From contig CAWDSK010000009.1 in assembly GCA_963804995.1 (NCBI GenBank), forward strand, positions 224,001-288,000: a DNA stretch of 64,000 nucleotides. The letters run 5' to 3'. This DNA comes from an uncultured Acidobacteriota bacterium (GTDB lineage: Bacteria; Acidobacteriota; Terriglobia; UBA7540). The position numbers and the translations under genes were made by a program. This document shows, one piece after another, positions 1 to 8,325 of the stretch. Numbering within the stretch: the stretch's first letter is position 1; each line of letters opens with the position of its first letter. The notes under the pieces were generated by a model that saw nothing but the letters and a program-made list of their open reading frames with translations, was not told the DNA's origin and did no database searches.

Positions 1-42
1 CATGGAATTGGTAAAACCGGGATAGCCTGCGAAGCATTCTTT

Positions 43-113
43 ACCGCAGAGGCGCAGAGACGCAGAGAAAAGGCATTCTTTTTAAGCTCTCTGCGTCTCC
101 GCGCCTCTGCGGT
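43..113. repeat. Palindromic intergenic repeat, family B (ACCGCAGAGGCGCAGAGACGCAGAG...CTCTGCGTCTCCGCGCCTCTGCGGT)
   Basis: Imperfect inverted repeat. Related copies at 14278-14348, 25403-25478, 43588-43659 and inside the MITEs at 27749, 28718 and 49898. Confidence 0.85.
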
Positions 114-168
114 GAAAGGGAGTTGTTTCCGGGCCCGCAGAGTGCTAGGCTTTAGGCAGGAGGCGTAT

Positions 169-960
169 ATGCGAAGCTTGCATATTGTCCTGTTATCGTT
201 GTTGCTGGCGGCTGTACCCAGCGCGCTGGCGCAACACGGTGGCGGAGGCCATGGCGGCGGTGGAGGTGGCGGCCGGGGTGGCGGCGGCGGTGGCTTCCAT
301 GGTGGCGGTGGTGGTGGCGGCTTCCATGGCGGAGGTGGTGGCGGCGGCTACCGTGGCGGTGGTGGTGGCGGCGGCTACCGTGGCGGTGGTGGCTATCGCG
401 GTGGCGGCATTGGTCCCCGAGGTGGTAGCGGCCGCGGGGGATTTGGCTATGGAGGCCGCGGCTACGGTGGCTACGGCAGAGGCTACGGTTACCGGGGTCG
501 TTACGGGTTCGGATTTGGCTTCGGCTTTGGAGGGTGGGGTTGGCCCTATTACAGCTATGGGTATCCGTATTACCCATACTACTCTTACGACCCGTGCTAT
601 CCCTACGGCCCCTATGGCCCGTACGCCTGTGATCCCCACGCTTATGGCCCTTACGCGTATGCTCCCGACCCACCGGCGGCGTATTCCATCAATCCTCCGG
701 CAGGGGGACCGGGGCCGGCAACTTATTCCCCCGATCCACCAGTAAGGCGCAACGCTCCTGCCACGGCGGATCCGACGGCGACGCGCAGCGCACCTGTGTC
801 GGATGGCCAGTGGCACCACTTCGGCAATCAACCCGCTCCTCCGGCGCGGGCTGTGACACCCAGTACGCGGCCAGTTTCGCCCGGAACCGATCCACCTCCA
901 ACGCGCAACGTTGCCTTGGCGGACGGCCAGTGGCACCACTTTGGGGGAGGCAGTAAGTAG
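169..960 (+). CDS. Secreted Gly-rich, Tyr/Pro-rich low-complexity protein
   Basis: GGAGG RBS before ATG 169; signal peptide ending in ALA-Q; poly-G/RGG tract; YP-rich tract; two DGQWHHFG motifs. Confidence 0.75.
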   Translation: MRSLHIVLLSLLLAAVPSALAQHGGGGHGGGGGGGRGGGGGGFHGGGGGGGFHGGGGGGGYRGGGGGGGYRGGGGYRGGGIGPRGGSGRGGFGYGGRGYGGYGRGYGYRGRYGFGFGFGFGGWGWPYYSYGYPYYPYYSYDPCYPYGPYGPYACDPHAYGPYAYAPDPPAAYSINPPAGGPGPATYSPDPPVRRNAPATADPTATRSAPVSDGQWHHFGNQPAPPARAVTPSTRPVSPGTDPPPTRNVALADGQWHHFGGGSK

Positions 961-962
961 AG

Positions 963-1027
963 AGTAGAAAGCAGTAGGCAGAAAGCAGAAGGCGGAAGGC
1001 AGCGAGCGTTTTTTGCGAGTCCCGACG
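963..1027. repeat. Heptamer-based repeat, family D (GCAGAAA/GCAGAAG...GGCAGCGAGCGTTTTTTGCGAGTCCCGAC)
   Basis: Inverted copy at about 4302-4410 and a partial copy at about 4033-4062. Confidence 0.7.
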
Positions 1028-1244
1028 CGTGTATTTCCGTAGGGATGCTTGCCGATCAGACCGGGAAGCGCCCCTACTCCCCGCACATCCCTGCATTATC
1101 ATTCTTTCGACCCTGGCCACACACCTTTCTATCACCATCCTTTTTCTACGCGGTGGACTGAGAAAACGGAGGCAGGAACCGGAGGAATGTGGTACAAAAG
1201 TTGAGAGCAATTCCCAAGACAATTAACTCTGATGGAGGCGAGAC

Positions 1245-1655
1245 ATGGCGGGCGACATAACTCTGGAAGCCGCGGAGCGGATTGTAGCGGCGGCGAAGAA
1301 GAAGGCAGCGGAAATCAATACCAAAATGGACATCGCGGTCGTGGATGCGGGCGGAAATCTCAAGGTCTTTGCGCGCATGGACGGGGCATGGCTCGGCAGC
1401 ATCGACATCGCGCAGCGCAAGGCTCGCACCGCGCGCTGGTTTGACATGGATACGGGCATCATCGGTACGCTCTCGCAACCCGGCGGGCCGCTTTTCGGCA
1501 TCGAGCACTCGAATGGCGGGCTTATCACCTTCCCCGGCGGCGTGCCGCTTAAGAACGCGCAGGGCGAAGTGGTGGGAGCTATCGGGGTCAGTGGAAGTAC
1601 GGTTGAAAACGATCACACGGTGGCCGTAGCCGGCGCCGCCGCGCTTAACAAGTAA
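1245..1655 (+). CDS. Heme-binding protein, GlcG/HbpS (DUF336) family
   Basis: [21 protein letters not shown] and FPGGVPL...[14 protein letters not shown] motifs; GGAGG RBS. Confidence 0.92.
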   Translation: MAGDITLEAAERIVAAAKKKAAEINTKMDIAVVDAGGNLKVFARMDGAWLGSIDIAQRKARTARWFDMDTGIIGTLSQPGGPLFGIEHSNGGLITFPGGVPLKNAQGEVVGAIGVSGSTVENDHTVAVAGAAALNK

Positions 1656-1798
1656 TGGCTGCATGATGGGGCCGGGCCAAGCGCCCGGCCTCTGCACTTC
1701 TCAAAGAGATTTCTCACCTGGGCCCAGCACCGCTCAGCAGCGCCGCAGAATTAAACCAATAGACAAAGCGCAAAATCCAAAGTTGCCAACGGCTGGCG

Positions 1799-3711
1799 GT
1801 TGCGGTAGGGATACCGGTTACCCGGTACCCCCCGCACGGATCCGTACGTGCGCTGGTTAGCGCATACGGCTCTTATCTCGGATGTGTGGCGGCGAACCGT
1901 TGGGATGGCCAAGGATGCACAACGTGCGGAGCAGGCAACCAGCAGGCCGCAAGCTTCCCCAGTCGGTCCCAGTTGAGGCGGTGGCGTTGACTGCGTTGAC
2001 GCAGTTGTGTTCGCCACAGTCGGGTCAACCGTTCCCGAAAGATTCGCAGGCGGTCGAGGTTTCCCGGTACCGCGTGATAGTTGAAGTAGCCTTGCACGAC
2101 CGACCGGAGCCATTTACCCGTATCCGCGATGGGATCGTGCCGACGCTGCCGGAGTTGTTGCTTGAGTTCCTGCAACTTCCCCCGCAGGCGCTTGCTGATC
2201 GTCTTCCGCTTCACGGTAAATTGCCCCCTCCGGTTCTTCCCGCTGATATGCGTGAAGCCCAGAAAGTCGAACGTCTCCGGCTTACCTTCTCCTCTCCGTT
2301 TCCGGTAAAGTTCGGCAAACGGCCCGAACTCGATCCGGCGCGTTTTGTCAGGATGCAGTTCCAATCCAAACTTCCCCACCCGCTCCCGGAAATCCTCCAG
2401 AAAGCGGTCGGCTTCCGTCTGCGATTGGAATCCAAGGACCGTATCGTCGGCATACCGCACCACGACCACGTCTCCCCGGGCGTGCTTCTTGCGCCACGCC
2501 TGCACCCACAGGTCAAAGACGTAGTGCAGATAGATATTCGCCAGCAGGGGCGAGACCACCGCCCCTTGTGGCGTACCCATCTCCGTCTCCGACCATTCGC
2601 CTTCCTCCCTCACCCCGGCTTTCAGCCATTTCTGGATGAGCCGGAGAATCCGGGGGTCGGCGACGCGATGCTGCACGAACTTGAGCATCCATTCGTGGGA
2701 TATCGAATCGAAAAATCCACGAATGTCCGCGTCAAGAACGTAGTTCACGTGCTTCACCGTGAGCGCGTACGAGAGCGCGTCCAGCGCTTGATGCTGGCTG
2801 CATCCCGGTCGAAAGCCATACGAGAAGCCCAGAAAGTCTTCCTCGTAAATCGCCTTGAGGATGGTGACCACGGCCTGTTGGACGATCTTGTCCTCCAGTG
2901 CCGCAACCCCCAACGGACGTTGCCGCCCGTCGCCTTTCGGGATATACGCCCTTCGCGAGGGCTTCGCTCGGAATGCTCCGCGGTGGACCCGGCTGTGCAG
3001 ATCGACGAGTCGACCTTCCAGCCCGCTTTCATACTCCTGCCACGTCATGCCGTCTACTCCCGGTGCAGCTTTTCGCTTCAAGGCGTAAAAGCTTTCCCGC
3101 AGCAGATCGACCGTTAAGTGGTGGAGCAAGGCCGTGAACTTCATCTCCCTGTGTTCCTTCGCGGCTTTCCGCACACCCGCGAGTCCCTGGGACACGCGTG
3201 CCCCGCTCTGTGTCGGGTGCGTGTTAGGCCAACGGGTGTTCTCCTTGATCAGCGGCCTTCCCTCCTCATTCTCCGCCAACGGCTTCCCGTCTTTGTTCAA
3301 ATGATTCATCGGTACTGTTCCGCTGTCCGACTCCTCGAGAGCGTGCAGGCGGGCTGTACGGCCATCGCCTTTTCCCGCCGTCCGGCCACGATCTACGGCG
3401 GCCGGCGCCTCCGAGGTCTCCCGGTTCTCGTGCAGAAAGTGTCTAGGCGTGTCTGGGGTCTACGACTACGCAGGACTGTGCCGGAACTCGCGTTGGCGTC
3501 CCGGCCTCATGTTGCCTTCCGTTTAGTCTGAAAACGTCGGCGTCCTGATTGGACATTTTCGAAGCTCAATACCCAGCCCACCTATTCCCCTGTTTACGCT
3601 TCACCGTGCGCCTCACGACGCCCAGCGCAAAACTCGGGGCCGAGTGGATCGCTACTCCTTCCTCGTGAGAAATTTTCATTCTCTGCTTTCTGCCGGTTTA
3701 TCCCGGCGCAC
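1799..3711 (-). mobile_element. Group II intron, copy 1 (1913 nt)
   Basis: 5' GTGCG at 3711. Domain V (GAGCCGTATGCG...CGCACGTACGGATC) and domain VI end in ...CCGCAAC at 1799. Boundaries are confirmed by copy 2 and by the empty site at 4089/4090. Confidence 0.97.
1873..3309 (-). CDS. ltrA: Group II intron reverse transcriptase/maturase (no HNH endonuclease domain visible)
   Basis: APGVDG, RPLGV, SYGFRPG, LDADIRGFFD, GTPQGAVVSPLLANIYL, RYADD and FDFLGF motifs, plus maturase X domain GYFNYH. Confidence 0.97.
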   Translation of the reverse strand: MNHLNKDGKPLAENEEGRPLIKENTRWPNTHPTQSGARVSQGLAGVRKAAKEHREMKFTALLHHLTVDLLRESFYALKRKAAPGVDGMTWQEYESGLEGRLVDLHSRVHRGAFRAKPSRRAYIPKGDGRQRPLGVAALEDKIVQQAVVTILKAIYEEDFLGFSYGFRPGCSQHQALDALSYALTVKHVNYVLDADIRGFFDSISHEWMLKFVQHRVADPRILRLIQKWLKAGVREEGEWSETEMGTPQGAVVSPLLANIYLHYVFDLWVQAWRKKHARGDVVVVRYADDTVLGFQSQTEADRFLEDFRERVGKFGLELHPDKTRRIEFGPFAELYRKRRGEGKPETFDFLGFTHISGKNRRGQFTVKRKTISKRLRGKLQELKQQLRQRRHDPIADTGKWLRSVVQGYFNYHAVPGNLDRLRIFRERLTRLWRTQLRQRSQRHRLNWDRLGKLAACWLPAPHVVHPWPSQRFAATHPR

Positions 3712-3901
3712 CAGACCCCCGTTCTTTGGGGTCTGCGATGTCTCGCAGGGACACTCTCTTGGCCAGTGTTTGGAGCGTGTAGAGTCTTACCGTTCTGCAC
3801 GCGCATCTAACGCCCCCGACATGACCACTGGTTAGCCGCAACTCACGCCTGCCACTTCGGGGCATCGCAGACCCCAAAAACCGGGGGTCTGCGCCAGCCA
3901 A
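3712..3901. repeat. REPIN-like doublet (family A), copy 1; left end at 1785-1798 is split off by the intron
   Basis: Two inverted hairpins (CGCAGACCCC..GGGGTCTGCG) around a unique spacer of about 125 bp. Near-identical to 4076-4279. Confidence 0.9.
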
Positions 3902-3930
3902 GCAAGGCGGAAATTCACGATGCTTCTTAG

Positions 3931-4019
3931 CCCTCTCCGAGGGGTCGCAGAATCCGCCGTGGCGGAAGAGGGTGGACCGCCGCGGCGTTTTCACCAGCCG
4001 GGACGGGACGGGTGAGGGG
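3931..4019. repeat. Palindromic repeat, family C (GAGGGTGGACCGC...GGGACGGGTGAGGGG)
   Basis: Related copies at 9869-10007, 32571-32643, 33665-33888, 48748-48820 and 63283-63416. Confidence 0.85.
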
Positions 4020-4075
4020 TCTCTTCGTCACCCGCTCGCTGCCTTCCGCTTTCTGCCTTCTGTTCTTATTGTGCC

Positions 4076-4279
4076 GCCAACGGCTGGCGCAGACCCCGGC
4101 CCTTTGGGGTCTGCGATGTCTCGCAGGGACACTCTCTTGGCCAGTGTTTGGAGCGTGTAGAGTCTTACCGTTCTGCACGCGCATCTAACGCCCCCGACAT
4201 GACCACTGGTTAGCCGCAACTCACGCCTGCCACTTCGGGGCATCGCAGACCCCAAAAACCGGGGGTCTGCGCCAGCCAA
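4076..4279. repeat. REPIN-like doublet (family A), copy 2, uninterrupted
   Basis: GGCTGGCGCAGACCCC...GGGGTCTGCGATG-spacer-CATCGCAGACCCC...GGGGTCTGCGCCAGCC. Matches 1785-1798 + 3712-3901 except in the first hairpin loop. Confidence 0.92.
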
Positions 4280-4411
4280 CGACATTTGCTGCCTATCCCG
4301 ACTAGTCGGGACTCGCAAAGAACGCTCGCTGCCTACTGCTTACTGCCTTCCGCTTTCTGCCTTCTGCCTTCTGACTTCTGACTCCTAACTTCTAACTCCT
4401 ACCTCCTGCCC

Positions 4412-5170
4412 TCACTGCGCCGTCCACCCGCCGTCGATCAGGATGTCCGTGCCGGTGATAAATCCTGCCGCGTCGGAGCAGAGGAAGACGGCCAGCGGCC
4501 CAATCTCCTCCAGTTTCCCCCATCGCCCCAAGGGAATCTTGGCCGTAAATTCCGCCGTGGCCACGGGATCCTTCAGCAAGACGGTGTTGATTTCCGTGGC
4601 GAAGGGTCCCGGACTGATGGCGTTGGCCGTGATGTTGTGTGGAGCCAGCTCAAGCGCCAGAGCCTTGGTCATGCCGAGCAGGCCGAATTTGCTCGCGCTG
4701 TACGCCGAGCGCAGCCGCAACGACACGTGCGCCAGGGTGGACGCGATGTTGACGATGCGGCCGAATTTCTTCTCCATCATGCCCGGTATGAAGGCTCGCG
4801 TGCAGAGGAACGGGCCATCCAGATTGGTATGGATGACCGAATGCCACTCCTCAAACGTGAACTCGTGAAGCGGCTTGCGAAGATTGATCCCGGCATTGTT
4901 GATGAGAATATCGGGGACGCCGGCTTGCTTGTGGATCCCCTCGGCAAGCGCTGCGACCTCCGCCTCCACCGCAACGTCGGCGACGAAAGCGTGGGCCTTG
5001 CCGCCCCGTCCGGTAATCTCCGCCTTCACTTCTTCCAGCAGCCCGCGGCTGCGCGCCACCAGCACTACAGCGGCACCGGCGTCTGCCAGTGACAAAGCCA
5101 TTTGCTTGCCCAAACCCTTGCTCGCACCCGTTACCACAGCCAAACGACCATCCAGCCTTTGATTTGTCAC
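4412..5170 (-). CDS. SDR family NAD(P)-dependent oxidoreductase
   Basis: TGASKGLG, NNAG, YSASK and ANAISPG motifs; GTG start after GGAGG. Confidence 0.93.
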   Translation of the reverse strand: MTNQRLDGRLAVVTGASKGLGKQMALSLADAGAAVVLVARSRGLLEEVKAEITGRGGKAHAFVADVAVEAEVAALAEGIHKQAGVPDILINNAGINLRKPLHEFTFEEWHSVIHTNLDGPFLCTRAFIPGMMEKKFGRIVNIASTLAHVSLRLRSAYSASKFGLLGMTKALALELAPHNITANAISPGPFATEINTVLLKDPVATAEFTAKIPLGRWGKLEEIGPLAVFLCSDAAGFITGTDILIDGGWTAQ

Positions 5171-5364
5171 GTTACCCTCCTGGGCACGGAAGGTTAACAC
5201 AACCATCGGGGTGGACGTCAAAGGTCCGTGTGAAATTGGTGAGCCAGGATTTCGGGTGGTGGCAGCTCTTGTGGAACCAGCTACGGGCCTGAGGGGGGTA
5301 TCCCTGCTCTCTGCCGGCCCAGGCCATGGCGCTAGTGACGCACCGTGGCCGCTGCCGGAGGCGG

Positions 5365-5775
5365 TTAAGGCTGGCCGGGGTAATCCGGGTTAATCTTGAT
5401 CTTCTTGCCGGGGATTACGGTGATGCGCTCCTGGTAGAAGGCTTTCCCGCCCGGCTTGCGCAACTCGATGACGTGGCTGCCGGGGCGCAGTGGAAACTTT
5501 TTGAGTTGACCGGTGCGGCCCGCAAATCCGCCGTCGATGTAAATCGAATTACCTTTGTTCTTGGTCACGATCTCAACTTCACCCGCGGGCGGGCCGGGGT
5601 AGTATTCCGGGCCACTCCACCAGCCCGCACCATAGAAGCCCGGGTAATATGCCGGACCGTAATAGCCTGCGAAGAAATGGGAGCCGCCGAAATAGATGCC
5701 GCGCGCGGTGGCGGCCGGGGCCAACGTCAGGAATGCCAAAAGGGCAATTGCCGAACATTTCAGAAGCCTCGACAT
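5365..5775 (-). CDS. Secreted PEGA-domain protein
   Basis: Signal peptide; IYIDGGFAG...LRPGSHVIELR PEGA-like pattern. Confidence 0.75.
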   Translation of the reverse strand: MSRLLKCSAIALLAFLTLAPAATARGIYFGGSHFFAGYYGPAYYPGFYGAGWWSGPEYYPGPPAGEVEIVTKNKGNSIYIDGGFAGRTGQLKKFPLRPGSHVIELRKPGGKAFYQERITVIPGKKIKINPDYPGQP

Positions 5776-6077
5776 AGCTTGGCCTTCCCTTCCAGGGTCG
5801 GTTCGGGCAAATTGCCTGCCTTTACCGGCTCCATTCAGTTGGATGCAAAAAGGGACAAGCTTGATGCTCCATTACCCTTAAGCCACAGATAATATGTCGC
5901 TTGCTGGCGACAGCGCGATACACGCCAAAATGCCCGAAGTTCGGCACTCGCGATCCGGAGATTGTTGTGAAGTGTCCCGGATTTGCGGCTATTAGCGGCA
6001 TAGCAACCATTGTCCCACCAACTTTCGGGCATGTTACAATGCGCACCCTGTTTCCAAAAAATCGCAGGAGGTAAACT

Positions 6078-7227
6078 TTGCGCAGACAAATCCTGGGACT
6101 GGTTCTTTTGCTCCTTACTCTCACGCTTCCAGCTTTGGCGCAACAAGGGGATCGGGTTGCGAAGCTGCTGGAAGAATTATCGAACACAGTGGCGCCCTCC
6201 GGTTAAGAAGGACCCGTGCGCGAAATCCTGCGGCGCGAATTCCGTGCGGCAGGCCTGGAAATATCGACCGACGGCATGGGCTCTATCATTGGCGTGCTGC
6301 GTGGATCCCCCGACGGGCCGCGCATCATGCTGGCTGCGCACATGGATGAAGTGGGGGCGATCGTCAAATACCTCACGCCGGAAGGCATGGTCAAGTTTCA
6401 AGTTTTGGGGGGGATGCTTGATCAGGCCCTTGTCGATCAGCGCTGGACAATCCTGACAGCCAAAGGTCCGGTGCTGGGAATCAGTGGATTGAAGAGCATT
6501 CACGTGACGCCGGTCGATGAACGCAGCCGCGTGACTCCTCGCGACAACGTGTTTCTTGATGTGGGCGTCAAGTCGAAGCCAGAGGCGGAAGCCTTGGGCA
6601 TTCGCTCCGGTGACCCCATTGCTCCGGCCAGTTCCTTCGCGCCACTCGCCTCCGGCCGTTACGTGGGGAAAGCACTCGAACGATCGCGTGGGCTGCGTCA
6701 TGCTGATCGAGACGCTCCGCCGGCTCAAGGAACAAGGCATCAAGACTCCCAACACGATTTACTTCGTGGGCACGGTCCAGGAGGAAATAGGATTGCGTGG
6801 GGCGCACACGGCCGTGGCGGCGGTGAAGCCTGACCTCGGACTCTCGCTCGAAGCCGGCATTGCGGCGGACCATCCCGGCGGGCAGCCAGACTCCGCACTT
6901 GAAAGATTGGGCGCCGGCCCCGTGATTTACCTCGCGGATTCCGGGATGCTAGTGAACCTCAAGCTGCGGGACTTCCTCGAGCGTGTGGCGCGCGATAATA
7001 ATATCCCCGTGCAGCCGGAGGTCACGAGTGGAGGGGCGGAGGATTCCGCAGAGTTGCAGCGCTTCGGCGCCGGCTTGCCGGCTGCTAATTTCGCGGTTGC
7101 CACTCGCTACCTTCATGGTCACAACAGTGAGATTGAGCGCTCCGATCTTGACCAGGCCATCGACTTGTTGTTGAAGGTGCTGCCGCTTCTCGATGCCCGC
7201 ACCGTGGCTGACATTGCGCGGTTTTAG
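6078..7227 (+). pseudogene. M42 family aminopeptidase/endoglucanase, interrupted (in-frame TAA at 6204, frameshift at about 6680)
   Basis: TTG start after GGAGG; signal peptide; PSG*EGPV, AAHMDEVG, GKAL(D)DRVG across the shift, VQEEIGLRGA and TRYLH. Confidence 0.85.
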
Positions 7228-7341
7228 CGGGGATTTTTCACCTGAGGGGGAAAGGGCGAGGCGAAACCCCCGCCCTTCCGACCACTCGAAGATTTCGCCA
7301 GTTTGGAAAGCCGTGGTTACAGACCGCGAAAATCCGAACGA

Positions 7342-8292
7342 CTACTGCCCCACGACTTTAGTGGACATCTTGATATACGGGAAGCACTCCGGGACATGGG
7401 TGTCGTAGACGGCGTGGCGGCTCATCACCCACGCCGGGTGGGGGTTCAGTTCCACTCCACCGGGTTTAAGCAATTCGAAGCGGCCGAAGAAAATCCGCCA
7501 CACGTCGCCGTCGCGCGGCGGCAGTGAGCGTCCCGCGGCCAGAGGTTGCAGGTCCTTCCAGGGGATAGCCAGTTCTACGGTCCAACCTTTGTCGGCTGTC
7601 GAACCGTCATTGATCTTGCCGTCTACGTGCACGGCGTGGCGCAGGCCTGGGAATCCCCAATCAAGAAATGCCCAGCGCAGTCCACGCGGATGCGTCCCCG
7701 TCCAAAAAGATTTGTCCGTCCGATCGTAGTCTCCGCCGAATGTGAGGGCGTGGTGCTTCAGAACGTCGAATTCCGGAACATCGAATAGCCCCCCATCCTT
7801 ATAAGCGTCCCGCCAGATGAAGAAAACCTGGTAGGTGGTGCCGAGGGCGTTGATCTCAAATTCCGAGTAGGCGTCGCCGCCATCGATGAAAACCTCCGCG
7901 TCATTCTCCAGGAAAATCAGCGAGCCGGTTTTGGTCTGGTGGGCTTTCACATAGGGTTCTTCCAGCCACATGCCGAGGTATAGGTTTTGGTCATCCCACA
8001 GGACCGCAGCGCGCGTGTCGTAAAAGCCGGGCGCGCCCGAGACCATGTCGACAAAGCGCGGCGACTTCACCGCCTTTTGCCAGGAGGGATCATCCAGACG
8101 GCCATCAATCGCAATCGGCCCAGCCGCCCGTTGCGCCACATAATGGGCAATGTCGGGCGCGGTGCATCCATAACTCCCCGTACCGGCTTGCAGCAGATCG
8201 CGGGGGCCGCTCGCGGGCTCAGCAGCCACGGCAGTGCGGAAGGGCAAAATAAACAGAACGAGAAGAAGGATTGTTTTGCAAAAGGTTTTCAT
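7342..8292 (-). CDS. Secreted carbohydrate-binding family 9-like (DOMON-like) protein
   Basis: IDGRLDDPSW, LWDDQNLY, EVFID, EFEINALGT and WTVELAIPW motifs. Confidence 0.8.
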   Translation of the reverse strand: MKTFCKTILLLVLFILPFRTAVAAEPASGPRDLLQAGTGSYGCTAPDIAHYVAQRAAGPIAIDGRLDDPSWQKAVKSPRFVDMVSGAPGFYDTRAAVLWDDQNLYLGMWLEEPYVKAHQTKTGSLIFLENDAEVFIDGGDAYSEFEINALGTTYQVFFIWRDAYKDGGLFDVPEFDVLKHHALTFGGDYDRTDKSFWTGTHPRGLRWAFLDWGFPGLRHAVHVDGKINDGSTADKGWTVELAIPWKDLQPLAAGRSLPPRDGDVWRIFFGRFELLKPGGVELNPHPAWVMSRHAVYDTHVPECFPYIKMSTKVVGQ

Positions 8293-8325
8293 CTTGGGAT
8301 TCCTCGGGGCAGGCGCCACTTTCAG

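Noticed and set aside
1882..3117. Long antisense ORFs (also 34872-36671, 40390-41547, 61374-62609 and many others)
   Set aside because: Shadow frames of real genes in GC-rich DNA; no motifs.
3804..3837. ATCTAAC...GTTAGCC resembling attC R''/R' boxes inside the REPIN spacer
   Set aside because: Only about 19 nt apart, with no L boxes or central hairpin; too short for attC, and no integron integrase is present.
1873..4279. DGR or retron interpretation (RT next to a duplicated ~200-bp sequence)
   Set aside because: The RT has a maturase domain and complete intron RNA ends. The duplicate shows no adenine-specific mismatches and is not in a target gene.
3712..4410. Possible CRISPR array from recurring hairpin repeats
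   Set aside because: Repeats are inverted doublets with an identical duplicated spacer, not regularly spaced direct repeats; no cas genes.
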